Source: Candidatus Zixiibacteriota bacterium
GTDB taxonomy: Bacteria > Zixibacteria > MSB-5A5 > WJJR01 > JAJRUJ01
Direction: 5' to 3'
Length of the DNA: 64,000 bases
NCBI GenBank assembly: GCA_020051695.1
Contig: JAGVQM010000012.1
Location: 6,361 to 70,360, forward strand
Positions 8,495-18,894 of this stretch are shown one piece after another (position 1 is the stretch's first letter; every line of letters starts with the position of its first letter). The notes under the pieces are model-generated. The model was given only the letters and a program-made list of their open reading frames with translations, had not been told where the DNA came from and did no database searches. The translations under genes were made by a program, and so were the position numbers.

Positions 8495-9556
8495 ATGACG
8501 AGCAACTTGCGGAAGGCACACCTGTCCGGCTGGAGGATGACGATTTATGCTCTGTTGATCGTCCTGATCTTCTTCGGGCTTCTGGAAGGCGGGCTCCGCC
8601 TTTTCGGCTTTTCTGGTCGGGCCGATGACACCCGGTTTGTGCTCAACCCTGAATGGGACTACCCGGAATATTTCCTCAAAGACCGCGAATTGTTCTGGCG
8701 TTTTCGGCCGAACCAGGTCATCACTTCCGGTTTTTTCATTGAGGGCGAATACCACATCAATACTCACGGGTTGCGCGGGCCGGACTTCTCCGCGAAAAAA
8801 ACACCCGATACGTTCCGGATTATTTGCCTGGGCAACTCCTGTACCTTCGGGTGGCAAGTCGGTGAGGCTGACCCGTACCCCCGGCAACTGGAAACCATGC
8901 TGAACAGGAACGCGACCGGGCGGTCTTTTCAGGTCATTAACGCCGGCGTAACCGGATATACCACATTTCAAGGCCTGCGATTTTTGCGGGATGAAGTGCT
9001 GGACTGGGGACCGGATGTGCTCGTCATCAGCTACTGTTGGAACGATCATTGGGCCGGTGGTCAGGACATCGCCGATAAAGACCAGGAATTGCCTTCGCAG
9101 TTGATTTTGGATCTGCAGAATGCACTCGGCAGGACACTGACCTACCGCTGGTTAAAATTCATGGTTTTTTCCATCCGCAAACCCGTGGCGGAGTTTTCCC
9201 ACACGCAGCCGGTTTACCGCGTGGGACTGGCAGATTACCGCGGTAACCTTGAAGCCATGATTGAACTGGCCCGCAGCCGCGGAATCCCGGTCATCCTGCT
9301 GACTTCACCGATTCCCCCCAAACGGGATTTCCCACCGCCGATGGTCCACGCCTTCCATGAAAAATACAATGACATCATGCGTTCATTCCTGGGACAACGG
9401 GGAGTAACAGTTCTTGACGCTGCTGCCGAGTTCGCCAAAGCCGAAGGGCTTTTTGAGAACCCCGGAATGGACCCCACCCACTACAACGTCAACGGTCACA
9501 ATATCATAGCGACAATCATCTCCAATTATATACTAAACGGGAGCGATAAGAATTAG
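8495..9556 (+). CDS. Membrane-anchored SGNH/GDSL hydrolase
   Basis: N-terminal TM helix, IICLGNSCTFG (block I), INAGVTGY (block II), WND (block III), DPTHYN (DxxH). Confidence 0.85.
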   Translation: MTSNLRKAHLSGWRMTIYALLIVLIFFGLLEGGLRLFGFSGRADDTRFVLNPEWDYPEYFLKDRELFWRFRPNQVITSGFFIEGEYHINTHGLRGPDFSAKKTPDTFRIICLGNSCTFGWQVGEADPYPRQLETMLNRNATGRSFQVINAGVTGYTTFQGLRFLRDEVLDWGPDVLVISYCWNDHWAGGQDIADKDQELPSQLILDLQNALGRTLTYRWLKFMVFSIRKPVAEFSHTQPVYRVGLADYRGNLEAMIELARSRGIPVILLTSPIPPKRDFPPPMVHAFHEKYNDIMRSFLGQRGVTVLDAAAEFAKAEGLFENPGMDPTHYNVNGHNIIATIISNYILNGSDKN

Positions 9557-9966
9557 TGGTCGGCAACACATTGCGGCGCATCGTCGGTCAGCAAGTGGTT
9601 CAGGCACTGTCAAAACGAAAAACGCCGTTGGTGGTTATTGAAAGCGACTCTAATTTGGTCGAAATCATGGAACATGCGGATATCCTCTATGTAACGGGAG
9701 ATTCGGCCTCCGATTTTATGGGAATTACCTCGGGTGACGGCGCCGAGGGTCCGCGCATGGAGGAAATCCTGGTGGGTGAACGCTCGAAGTTGACAGGTCA
9801 GTCGCTGAGAGATTCACTGCTCCGCTCGGAATTGGACATTGTCGTGGTCGCCATCAGAAAAACCGAGGGTAACTGGTTTTCAGTCCTCGCTGGATGGCAG
9901 AATCAACGGGACCCTGAACAGACAACCGACCTCACGGCCACGAATTCGGAACCACGATGTGAATGA
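9556..9966 (+). pseudogene. Remnant of a TrkA-N/TrkA-C (RCK) potassium channel regulatory protein
   Basis: VVIE...LYVTGDS (start of RCK-N, glycine loop lost) is joined directly to MEEILV...LTGQSLRDS...VVVAIRK (start of RCK-C); no pore domain. Confidence 0.6.
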
Positions 9967-11182
9967 GATACAGCCAACATTGAATGCCGCCTCCCCGCGA
10001 GTAATTCTGCTGGCCGGCAAAGGCGGTGTCGGCAAAACGACAATTGCCGCGGCGACCGGCCTGGCTTGCGCGCGCGCCGGGAAAAAGACATTGATCATCT
10101 CCCTGGATGCCGCCCACTCCCTTGCCGATTCGTTTGATATACCCGCCGGCTTGCACGATAAACATCAGGGCGCTCCCCTGGCCGTTGCCGAGCGGCTCGA
10201 CATCCAGGAGTTGGACATTCAGGAAGAGATTATCCGCTATTGGGGTGAAGTCTACCAGTATGTCACGACCCTGCTGGCCTCGACAGGGCTGGAGGATGTC
10301 GTCGCCGAAGAGCTGGCGGTGTTCCCCGGCATGGACGATGTCGTCGGATTGCTCTATCTCAATAAATATGCCAAAGAAAAAACCTACGAGGTGATTGTGC
10401 TGGATTGCGCGCCGACCGGGGAGGCGCTGCGTTTTATCTCCATGCCCCAGACGCTGGACTGGTATTACCGGAAATTTTTCAAACTCGAGCGCAACCTGAT
10501 GCGGCTGGCACGGCCGGTGGTCAAACGGACGATGTCGGTCCCGGTCCCCGAGGATGTTGTCTATCACGACCTGGAATCGCTGTTCCTCCGGCTGGAAGGG
10601 GTAGACCGGTTGCTGCTGGACAATTCGATCACCACCGTGCGGCTGGTGACCAACCCGGAGCGGATGGTGATCAAGGAAACCCAGCGGGCCTATATGTACT
10701 TTTCCCTGTACCGCATGACCACCGATGCCATCATTGTCAACCGGCTGTTTCCCGAACAGATCACCGACGGGTACTACCGGCAGTGGCTGCAAACTCAGAA
10801 AAAACACCTGCAGGAAATCGAGGAGATATTCGCGCCGGTGCCGATCCGTAAGGTGCGGTTATTCGAAGATGAAATCCTGGGTGTTGACCGGCTGAATGCG
10901 CTGGGGCGGGAATTGTTCGCCGAACTCGATCCGGCGGCCATTTGGTATGATACTCCCCCTGATCGGTTTACCCGTGGCGAACACGGCGAGTATTTGCTGG
11001 AAATGCACCTGCCGTTTGTCAGCGCCCCCGAATTGCAATTGCACAGGGAAAAGGACGAACTGATTGTCCGCATAGGAAATTTCAAGCGACAGGTCCAACT
11101 CCCCCGGGCGGTGCGGCGGCTGGCCCACAAAAAAGCAAAAATTATCGGGGGAACATTGTATATTACGTTTGACGTTGAATGA
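9959..11182 (+). CDS. ArsA/Get3-family ATPase with C-terminal alpha-crystallin-like domain
   Basis: GKGGVGKTT, SLDAAHSLAD, DCAPTG motifs; C-terminal LHLPF...ELIVRIGNFKRQVQLP...LYITF; probable GTG start at 9959. Confidence 0.88.
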   Translation: MNEIQPTLNAASPRVILLAGKGGVGKTTIAAATGLACARAGKKTLIISLDAAHSLADSFDIPAGLHDKHQGAPLAVAERLDIQELDIQEEIIRYWGEVYQYVTTLLASTGLEDVVAEELAVFPGMDDVVGLLYLNKYAKEKTYEVIVLDCAPTGEALRFISMPQTLDWYYRKFFKLERNLMRLARPVVKRTMSVPVPEDVVYHDLESLFLRLEGVDRLLLDNSITTVRLVTNPERMVIKETQRAYMYFSLYRMTTDAIIVNRLFPEQITDGYYRQWLQTQKKHLQEIEEIFAPVPIRKVRLFEDEILGVDRLNALGRELFAELDPAAIWYDTPPDRFTRGEHGEYLLEMHLPFVSAPELQLHREKDELIVRIGNFKRQVQLPRAVRRLAHKKAKIIGGTLYITFDVE

Positions 11183-11463
11183 CGGGAATGCTGATGGGTG
11201 AGAAAGCCAAAGACAACGCTGAATGGCTGATGGAGACAGTTCGCGACCTGCTGGAGACCGGCGCGCTGGTCGTGGATGAATTAATCGATACGATCAATCC
11301 CTCCGAGGCGGAGTGCCTTCGCGCCAGGCGGAAATTCTGGGAATGCAACGCTAAAATCGCGGCCGGTCTGGCCGGTTTCGCCGAACGCCGTGCGCGTGAT
11401 TTGCAATCACCGCCCGCCCCGCAACGCCACGCCGACCGGATCGTCGTCGATGACGGCGAGTAA
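11179..11463 (+). CDS. Small helical hypothetical protein coupled to the ArsA-like gene
   Basis: ATGA overlap with the upstream stop; amphipathic helices; ends RIVVDDGE. Confidence 0.7.
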   Translation: MTGMLMGEKAKDNAEWLMETVRDLLETGALVVDELIDTINPSEAECLRARRKFWECNAKIAAGLAGFAERRARDLQSPPAPQRHADRIVVDDGE

Positions 11464-11484
11464 TATCCCGCATCTCCTGTGCGC

Positions 11485-11504
11485 GGCAGATGTCCACATC
11501 TGCC
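11485..11504. repeat. REP-like palindrome between convergent genes
   Basis: GGCAGATGT-CC-ACATCTGCC; related copies at 34567-34658 and 36858. Confidence 0.65.
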
Positions 11505-11513
11505 CGATCGATC

Positions 11514-12866
11514 CTACTGCCGCCGCGCCGTATAGGTCAGCAGCACTTCCTGCCCCGCCGGCACCGCAAGATCAAACTCGGCGGTATTGGCATCTTTCTG
11601 GCGGTGCTGGTGCGACGGGCGGAGAATCTGCCAGTCCCCCCACAGGTGTTCGATCACTGTGATGGTGACCGCTTCTTCCTTGCGATTGCGCAGAGAAACT
11701 TCAATATCTTCTTCGGTGATATATTTGGTCACATTTCGGCGGTCTTTGACCGTGCGTTCGCCGACGATATCAAAGGCATTGCCCAGATACACGCGGACTT
11801 TTTCGTCCTTGGGCGTATGGTCGATTTCATCCTCGCCGACAAATTCCAGCGAACCGTCGTCATCGGCCTTCATCACCCGGATTTTACCCTTGGGCAGCGG
11901 GAGGCCCAGGCCCGCCTCGGCGGAATTTTTGAATTCGACATTGACTTTGATTTTTTGGCCGTCACGCGCACCGTCATAGGTGAAAACTTTGGCGGCGCGG
12001 ACATCGGCCGGGGCAAACAGAGAAAGCTGCTTGGTTTCGTTATCGCGCACCGTGGCCGGGCGGGTCAGGGTATACAGGTGATATTCAAAAAACGCTTTCT
12101 CTTCAAAAGCCGGTGCGGCAGCGGCGCGCATGGTCATCATGTCGGCTTCCGGCCAGCGCTGTTGTTTTGGTTCTTGTATGGTGTGGACGTCCCCGGCAAT
12201 CAGTTTTAACCTGGCGTTTTCATATGTGGCGCCGGAACGGTTGTCGATCGACACCCAGCCGGCGAGGTTTAATCCCTTGTCGTCAGAGGTAACCGTGGCG
12301 ACATACTCGGCATGCCAGTTGATTTGCCTGGTCAAATACCGCACCTCGCCCGGATGTTTGCCGGAGATCTCGGAATCCAGCAGCCACACGAGTGTCGGCC
12401 GGGTAATCAACCCGTCGGGCAGCACAGGGAACGACATGTCGCGCACGTTTTCCCGGTTGATAATGCGAATCCCGCCCTCGGGTTCCTGCAACGTCAATCC
12501 CCCCTGCACCGACAGCAGCGTACCCTCAAAGAGCTTGTCCTCTTTGGTCACCACCTGGATCGGGCGGTCAATGTATTTTTCCAGAATCTTGTCGGCACCG
12601 ACCAGGTCGTATTGGAAATTTTGTTCGAGGATTTGCACGCGTTCGGGCGCGTCAACCACCGTAAAACTGACCGAAGTCGGGTCAATTGCGGCGGCCACGT
12701 CGGTGAATTTCAGCGTATTCACCCCGGTGGTGAAATCCAATTGCCGAACATCCTTGACCAGCGCCAGGTCGTTGTTGTACACAGTTAAACCGACTTCCCC
12801 CCTACCCGCGGCGGCCCAACTGCCGACCAGTAACAAACAACCTGCAACAAGCCGGAACATGTTCAT
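11514..12866 (-). CDS. DUF4139-domain secreted protein
   Basis: Signal peptide, LTVYNNDLALVKD, YLTxxxxWxAxY, N.SG..Y.NA.LKLIAGDV, EYHLYTL, LG.PLPKG motifs; SD AAGGAG before ATG 12866. Confidence 0.85.
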   Translation of the reverse strand: MNMFRLVAGCLLLVGSWAAAGRGEVGLTVYNNDLALVKDVRQLDFTTGVNTLKFTDVAAAIDPTSVSFTVVDAPERVQILEQNFQYDLVGADKILEKYIDRPIQVVTKEDKLFEGTLLSVQGGLTLQEPEGGIRIINRENVRDMSFPVLPDGLITRPTLVWLLDSEISGKHPGEVRYLTRQINWHAEYVATVTSDDKGLNLAGWVSIDNRSGATYENARLKLIAGDVHTIQEPKQQRWPEADMMTMRAAAAPAFEEKAFFEYHLYTLTRPATVRDNETKQLSLFAPADVRAAKVFTYDGARDGQKIKVNVEFKNSAEAGLGLPLPKGKIRVMKADDDGSLEFVGEDEIDHTPKDEKVRVYLGNAFDIVGERTVKDRRNVTKYITEEDIEVSLRNRKEEAVTITVIEHLWGDWQILRPSHQHRQKDANTAEFDLAVPAGQEVLLTYTARRQ

Positions 12867-13104
12867 GATATACACTCCTTTGGCAAATGAAAATTACACA
12901 TCCTCAGAAATCCAATGTAGGGACCGCAAGCCGCGCGGCAAGGGCAAATTCTCCCACTGCCGCAGTTTTTTCTATCACCCGGCGGGGCACCCTGGGCAAA
13001 CAGCGGCCGATGTGCGGTCTCCCCCGCCTCCGCCCGCATATGAAACGCCCGGCGCGTGATTTGTTTACACGCTCCGGGCGGATAAAACCGATTTTTCGAT
13101 GAAA

Positions 13105-15744
13105 TTACCAGCCGACCAGTTTTTCGAGATGCTCACTCAACTGCTTGATCATTGTCTCGAAATCCTTGCATTTTGCTCGTTCTTTGGCCACGACATCGTG
13201 GGGCGCACGGGCGAGGAAATCCTTGTTGGCCAGCTTCTTGTTGATTTTCTCCTGCTGGTCGGTAACACGCTGGAGTTCTTTTTCCAGCCGCTGACGCTCG
13301 GCGTCAATATCGATCACGCCGTCCAGCGGAATGAAAATCTCGGCGTCGCGGATGACAGCCGAAGCGGCAAGTGAGGGTTTGCTGACCTCCGCGCCGACCA
13401 CGAGTTTCTCCAGCCGGCCGAGGATGCAGATGTTTTCTTCGTACGTCTTCAGGTTTTGCGCGAGTTTCTTGCGCTCGGTGCGGACGATGGCCTCCACCTT
13501 TTTCCCCGGCGGAATTTTCATTTCTGCGCGGGTCGTGCGAATAGCGGAGATGACCGCCTGAACCTGCTCCATGTCCGCTTCCAGCTTGGCATCGATCCAC
13601 TGCTTGTCCGCTTCCGGCCAGCCGCCGACAACGATATGCTCGCTTAACCCGTCATTCATGAACGACCACAATTCCTCGGTCACAAAAGGCATAAACGGAT
13701 GCAACAACTGCACGATACGGCGCAGGACCACGCGGGCCACTTCCCGCGCAATCGCCCGTTCCGGGGTATCTTCCGCGATGTAAAAGCGGGGCTTGGCCAT
13801 CTCCAGATACCAATCACAGTAATCACCCCAGATAAACTCGTACAAGCCACGGGCGGCGGCGTTAAATTTGAATGAATTCAGGTTTTCATTTACATTCGCC
13901 ACCGCCTGGGCCAGCCGGCTGAGAATCCAGCGGTCGGACAAATGCAGGTCTTTCTTGCGGGCCGCCAGATCGATGGCTACAGGTTCATCGGGTTGATTAG
14001 CCAACACCAGGCGGGCCGCATTCCACAGTTTATTCGCGAAATTGCGGCCATGCTCGAACGTATTGTATTCGATCAGCGGGTCCTGGCCTTCGGGAGCGGC
14101 CAGTACCAGACTGATCCGCAACGCGTCAGTCCCGTAATCCCTGATGATATCGCGCGGGTCGATGCCGTTGCCCAGCGATTTAGACATCCGGCGGCCCTGG
14201 CCGTCCCGCACCGTACCGTGGATATACACGTCAGAAAACGGAATCTCCCCCATAAACTCGCAGCCGGACATCACCATCCGGGCCACCCACAAATAAATAA
14301 TTTCTGAAGCGGTGAACAGCGACGCCGTTGGATAAAAGGCCTTCAATTCCGGTGTTTGCTCCGGCCAGCCGAACGTCGAAAACGGCCACAGCCAGGAGGA
14401 AAACCAGGTATCCAGCACATCTTCATCCTGCGTGTATTCGCCATTATCTGGTGGAGTGGCCGAAACCAGCATCTCGCCGGTCTTTTTGTTGGTATACACC
14501 GGAATGCGGTGGCCCCACCACAGTTGGCGGGAAATGCACCAGTCGCGGATGTTTTCCATCCAGTGCAGGTAGACTTTGCTCCAGTGATCGGGATGAAAGG
14601 TGATCCGGCCGGATTTTACCGCTTCAATGGCCGGCCCGGCCAGCTCTTTCATCTTGACGAACCACTGCTCAGACAGAAGCGGCTCAATAACCGTGCTGCA
14701 GCGATAGCAACGCCCGGCGGTCAGCTTATATGGCTCAACCTTTTCCAGCAAACCCGCCTTCTCCAAATCGGCGACGATCTGCTTGCGGGCTTCGTACCGG
14801 TCCAGTCGCTTATATGGTCCACCCTGCCGGTTAATCGTCGCCTCGAGGGTCATGATGTTGATTTTCTCGAGGTTGTGTTTTTCGGCAAGTATGAAGTCGT
14901 TCGGGTCATGAGCGGGAGTCACTTTCAACACGCCGGTGCCGAATTCTGGATCGATATACTGGTCCGCAATAATCGGCAGACGGCGTCCGAGCAGCGGCAG
15001 GATAGCTGTCTTGCCGATGTACGCTTTATAACGTTTGTCCCTGGGCGAGACGGCAATCGCGGTATCGCCCAGCATGGTCTCCGGCCGGGTCGTCGCCACC
15101 GTAAGGGACCCGCCTTCTTCCAGCGGGTATTTAATATACCACAGCGAGCTGTCTTCTTCCTGCCGCTCAAGCTCATCGTCGGAAAGCGTTGTTCGACAAC
15201 TGGGGCACCAATTGACAATATACTTTCCCCGGTAGATGAGACCCTTTTCATACAACCGGGCAAAAACCTCCACGACCGCCTTCGACAGCCCCTCGTCCAA
15301 GGTAAACCGGGTCCGGCGCCAGTCGCATGAGCAACCCATATCCTGCAATTGCCGCAGAATCTCGCCCCCATGCTTTTCTTTCCATTGCCAGACCCGCTCG
15401 ACGAATTTCTCTCGCCCAATGTCCCGCCGATCCAAGCCTTCGCTTTTAAGCTGCTTTTCCACAACGACCTGGGTGGCAATCCCGGCATGATCGGTCCCCG
15501 GCAACCATTCGGTCTCGTATCCCGCCATTCGTTTTTGGCGGATGAGGATATCCTGCAGCGTGTTGTTCAACGCATGGCCGAGGTGCAAAATATTAGTTAC
15601 ATTCGGCGGAGGGATTACGATGGAATACCGCGGTTTTTTGGAGGTGGGGTCCGCATGGAAATACCCCCTTTCCTCCCAGATCGGGGCCCATCGCGCCTGC
15701 GCGGCATGTGGATCGTAGTTTTTTGCGAGTTCTGCCTTCCCCAT
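13105..15744 (-). CDS. valS: Valine--tRNA ligase
   Basis: PPPNVT..LHLGHA (HIGH), DHAGIATQ, DWCISRQLWWGHRIP, RMSKS, C-terminal coiled coil. Confidence 0.98.
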   Translation of the reverse strand: MGKAELAKNYDPHAAQARWAPIWEERGYFHADPTSKKPRYSIVIPPPNVTNILHLGHALNNTLQDILIRQKRMAGYETEWLPGTDHAGIATQVVVEKQLKSEGLDRRDIGREKFVERVWQWKEKHGGEILRQLQDMGCSCDWRRTRFTLDEGLSKAVVEVFARLYEKGLIYRGKYIVNWCPSCRTTLSDDELERQEEDSSLWYIKYPLEEGGSLTVATTRPETMLGDTAIAVSPRDKRYKAYIGKTAILPLLGRRLPIIADQYIDPEFGTGVLKVTPAHDPNDFILAEKHNLEKINIMTLEATINRQGGPYKRLDRYEARKQIVADLEKAGLLEKVEPYKLTAGRCYRCSTVIEPLLSEQWFVKMKELAGPAIEAVKSGRITFHPDHWSKVYLHWMENIRDWCISRQLWWGHRIPVYTNKKTGEMLVSATPPDNGEYTQDEDVLDTWFSSWLWPFSTFGWPEQTPELKAFYPTASLFTASEIIYLWVARMVMSGCEFMGEIPFSDVYIHGTVRDGQGRRMSKSLGNGIDPRDIIRDYGTDALRISLVLAAPEGQDPLIEYNTFEHGRNFANKLWNAARLVLANQPDEPVAIDLAARKKDLHLSDRWILSRLAQAVANVNENLNSFKFNAAARGLYEFIWGDYCDWYLEMAKPRFYIAEDTPERAIAREVARVVLRRIVQLLHPFMPFVTEELWSFMNDGLSEHIVVGGWPEADKQWIDAKLEADMEQVQAVISAIRTTRAEMKIPPGKKVEAIVRTERKKLAQNLKTYEENICILGRLEKLVVGAEVSKPSLAASAVIRDAEIFIPLDGVIDIDAERQRLEKELQRVTDQQEKINKKLANKDFLARAPHDVVAKERAKCKDFETMIKQLSEHLEKLVGW

Positions 15745-15960
15745 GGATGTTCTCCTTGCCGAATATCAGCACGATGTATATACGCATTGGCACCTAAAGT
15801 CAAGGGGCACGGGCCCCCCAGCGGGACGGTCGGTCAACGGCACAGCACCGGCGCCCACCCCGATTGACCTAGTATCGGCACACAGTGCCATTTCCCACAT
15901 ATCTTCTGGAGGTAAGAACTACCGTAATCCATTGAATTACAATAAATAGCAAGGTGCGTG

Positions 15961-17886
15961 CTACCGCCCGTGTGCTGCCTGGCGCGCGGTCGCAAGATAA
16001 TCCTGCACACCCCGTGTGATCTCTTGCGCAATCCGCTGTTGGAATTTTTCATCTTGAAGCGATTCTTCCTGCTCCGGCAACAGCATGAAGGCACATTCAA
16101 CCAAAATCGACGGGTATTGGCTCGGGCGCAAGACCGCAAAATTGGCGTGGTACAAGCCATAATCCGGCAACCGGGTCGCTCGCAGGAGCCGTCGATGCAC
16201 ATTCCGGGCCAGCGCCATGCAGAACGGATGATAATAATAACTGCTTGTGCCGTGGTGCCGGTAGGGATTGATGCCGTCGGGCAGCGCATTGTTATGCACG
16301 GAGATGAAAAGATCGGCTTCGGCGGCGCGGGCGATTTGCGGGCGATCATACAATCCGACTTCGACATCGGCAGTGCGGGTCATGACCACTCTGGCGCCTT
16401 CTTTCTCCATTTCCCGCCGCAGTTTCAAAGCGATGGCCAGATTGGCGTCTTTTTCCATAAACCCGGTCGGCCCAATGGACCCGGGGGCCAGGGCATGCCC
16501 CGGATCAAGACAAACGGTCAAGCCCCGCAAGCCGTGTGACAGGTCCGGCGGCCTGCGGACCGACAAGCACAACTTACCCTCGCGATAATCGGCTTCATAA
16601 CCCCACAAGGGGCCGTGCGCGAGAAAAACAGTCAGATGGTACACTCCCGGTTCGTCCTGATTCCATTCGATCCGCTCGATCAGCTCATCATCGGGATCAT
16701 ACCGAATCCAATCGGTGTTTGTTGTGGCGCCAAATACAATCAAATGCAACGCCGGCCGGCCGGGATCGGCGGTGACTTTGAACGGCAGCCGGGAAGCCAA
16801 ATCCAGCGTGATATCGGTCCATTTTTCACGCGACCGGGTGCGCACGTAGGAGATCAGCCCGCTCGGCACCGGCGTACCGGCCGGCAGTAGTTGCGTTTTG
16901 GCGGTCTCGACCCAGCCGGTATGGCCCGGCGCCAGCCGGAGACGGCTCCATTCGCCATCCCCGCCGGCATACACGGCCCGCACACCGCGCGGCTGGAAAG
17001 CGCTCAGGTAACCCAGTCGCGGCCCGAAACGCAAAATCTGGACACTGTCGGTCAGTTCAACGACACGCGGAATGCCGCCGGCATTGATGGTCACGGACCC
17101 CGGCAACTCCTCCTGAACACACTTCGCATAACCGCAACAGACCATGATACTGTCCCGGCTGAACAGCGTATCGACGATGAGTGTATCACGCGCAAGGCAA
17201 ACCCAGACCACGGCAGAATCCAGCGCCAACCCCTCAGGAACCTCCCAGACCCCGGTATACCGGCCGGGCGATGGCCGGGGTATGCTCACCCCGTCCTCCC
17301 CGAAAACACCGCCCTCCGGCGCGGGAAGATACTCGGCGCCGCGTTCGATCATGGGGAATATCTGCTTGACTCCGTCAATGCGAAAACGTCCGACGCATCC
17401 GGGTGTTCCCCGGAATTCAACGGCCAGATAATCACCCGCAGTCAGGACTTGATGGCGCGAAGGCCTCAGTGTTGACTGCAGGATGGTCACACCCGAATCG
17501 GGAAGCGATAACCCGGGCGAACCGACCAGCACCGGCCAATCCAGTGTTGTTTCCCCGGCGGCATTGGCTGCCTGCAGATGATAGACAAAATTCCCCGTGT
17601 CCAGGGGCAGCCAGGCGAGGAATCCGCCGGTGCGATAAACAGAGACGGGCGTGCCGTTAATAATCAATTCCGCGCCCGGAGTTACCGAACCGAGGATGAA
17701 TGTCGAATCAAGATCACTGATTTGCCGGTTTTCTGGGGGGTAGACGACGTGTATTTCCGGCAGTGAGGTTGACCATGCAAACTGCGGCGACAGAAATATA
17801 CCGACCAGAATGCACCAAAAGCAGAACATAACCATGTCCGCCGCCTGTTTTGCGCAACCATATCGCGTTCCGGACAATTTTTGCAT
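15961..17886 (-). CDS. N-acetylmuramoyl-L-alanine amidase (Amidase_3) with long N-terminal domains
   Basis: C-terminal LDPGH, EKDANL, FISVHNNA, ILVECAF zinc-amidase motifs; signal peptide. Confidence 0.9.
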   Translation of the reverse strand: MQKLSGTRYGCAKQAADMVMFCFWCILVGIFLSPQFAWSTSLPEIHVVYPPENRQISDLDSTFILGSVTPGAELIINGTPVSVYRTGGFLAWLPLDTGNFVYHLQAANAAGETTLDWPVLVGSPGLSLPDSGVTILQSTLRPSRHQVLTAGDYLAVEFRGTPGCVGRFRIDGVKQIFPMIERGAEYLPAPEGGVFGEDGVSIPRPSPGRYTGVWEVPEGLALDSAVVWVCLARDTLIVDTLFSRDSIMVCCGYAKCVQEELPGSVTINAGGIPRVVELTDSVQILRFGPRLGYLSAFQPRGVRAVYAGGDGEWSRLRLAPGHTGWVETAKTQLLPAGTPVPSGLISYVRTRSREKWTDITLDLASRLPFKVTADPGRPALHLIVFGATTNTDWIRYDPDDELIERIEWNQDEPGVYHLTVFLAHGPLWGYEADYREGKLCLSVRRPPDLSHGLRGLTVCLDPGHALAPGSIGPTGFMEKDANLAIALKLRREMEKEGARVVMTRTADVEVGLYDRPQIARAAEADLFISVHNNALPDGINPYRHHGTSSYYYHPFCMALARNVHRRLLRATRLPDYGLYHANFAVLRPSQYPSILVECAFMLLPEQEESLQDEKFQQRIAQEITRGVQDYLATARQAAHGR

Positions 17887-18893
17887 CAGCTCTCCCCCCC
17901 GGTGACTCCGGTCCCTGCCCCTCCGGGCAGATGGATTGCGCCGTCCCGATGGACCATTCCCTGATACGGATCGGCGCTCAGCAATAGATGGCTGTCCAGA
18001 TCGAGATAGTCAAACATCCCCGCCAGATGCGCGGCGGCGGTGATGCTGACCGCACATTCGATCATACACCCCAGCATGAGTTTCAAGCCGCACGCCCGCG
18101 CCGTGGCGATAATATTCAACGCCGGAATAATCCCGCCGCATTTCATCAGTTTGACATTAATGCCATCCACCAGATCGGCATAGCGGAGCACATCAGCGGG
18201 GGTGCGGCAGCCCTCATCGGCAAAAATCGGGACCGGCGAATTGTGCCGGAGCTCCCCCAACCGCTCCCGCAACTCGGGCGGCAGCGGTTGTTCGATCAGT
18301 TCCACGCCGACCTCGGCCAATTTCCGGACATTAGCCAGCGCCGTGGGAAAATCCCATCCGCCGTTGGCGTCCACCCGCAGGCGTTTGCCGCTTTGCGCCG
18401 CGATCTGCGCGACCCGGTCCACGTCCCCCGGATAGCCGACTTTAATTTTAAACACGCGCGTGCCGGGGAACCGCGCCATCCGCCGCAAGGTGCCCTCTAC
18501 GCGGTCGATACCTATGGAGATTGTCGATTCCTGGCCCTCCGGATTCGGCAGACCTAGGAATTTATACAACGGCAATCCGACTTCCCGCGCCGCGCGGTCA
18601 TGCAAAGCCAGATCGACTGCTGCCCGGGCCGCAGGGTTCCCGGGCAGCAGGGCATCGGCACACTCATGAAAACCGACCAGATCAAAAGGATCTTCGCTGA
18701 CACACTCGGCCAGCCGGGGCAGGGCCGCCAGCACGGTTGCGGTGGTCTCGTCGCAGGTTGTCGATGGCGCCGCCGCGCCGGTGCCGGCGCCGGCAGACAC
18801 GATAATATTGGTTTTCTTCTCCGTGCGCGCATAGGCGATTTCGAACGGTTCGGCCAGCGTGAGATCGACAGTTTTCCAGGTGAGTAAACTCAT
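17886..18893 (-). CDS. L-Ala-D/L-Glu dipeptide epimerase (enolase superfamily)
   Basis: FKIKVG, RVDANGGW, IEQP, ADE, NVKLMKCGG, GCMIE, DLDS; probable ATG at 18893. Confidence 0.9.
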   Translation of the reverse strand: MSLLTWKTVDLTLAEPFEIAYARTEKKTNIIVSAGAGTGAAAPSTTCDETTATVLAALPRLAECVSEDPFDLVGFHECADALLPGNPAARAAVDLALHDRAAREVGLPLYKFLGLPNPEGQESTISIGIDRVEGTLRRMARFPGTRVFKIKVGYPGDVDRVAQIAAQSGKRLRVDANGGWDFPTALANVRKLAEVGVELIEQPLPPELRERLGELRHNSPVPIFADEGCRTPADVLRYADLVDGINVKLMKCGGIIPALNIIATARACGLKLMLGCMIECAVSITAAAHLAGMFDYLDLDSHLLLSADPYQGMVHRDGAIHLPGGAGTGVTGGES

Positions 18894-18894
18894 G

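Noticed and set aside
9959..11182. Arsenic-resistance arsA
   Set aside because: Single ATPase domain with an alpha-crystallin-like tail and no arsB/acr3/arsC/arsD nearby.
15923..15950. AT-rich CGTAATCCATTGAATTACAATAAATAG as a dif or att site
   Set aside because: Resembles an IHF-type site, but there is no recombinase, no partner site and no good dif match.
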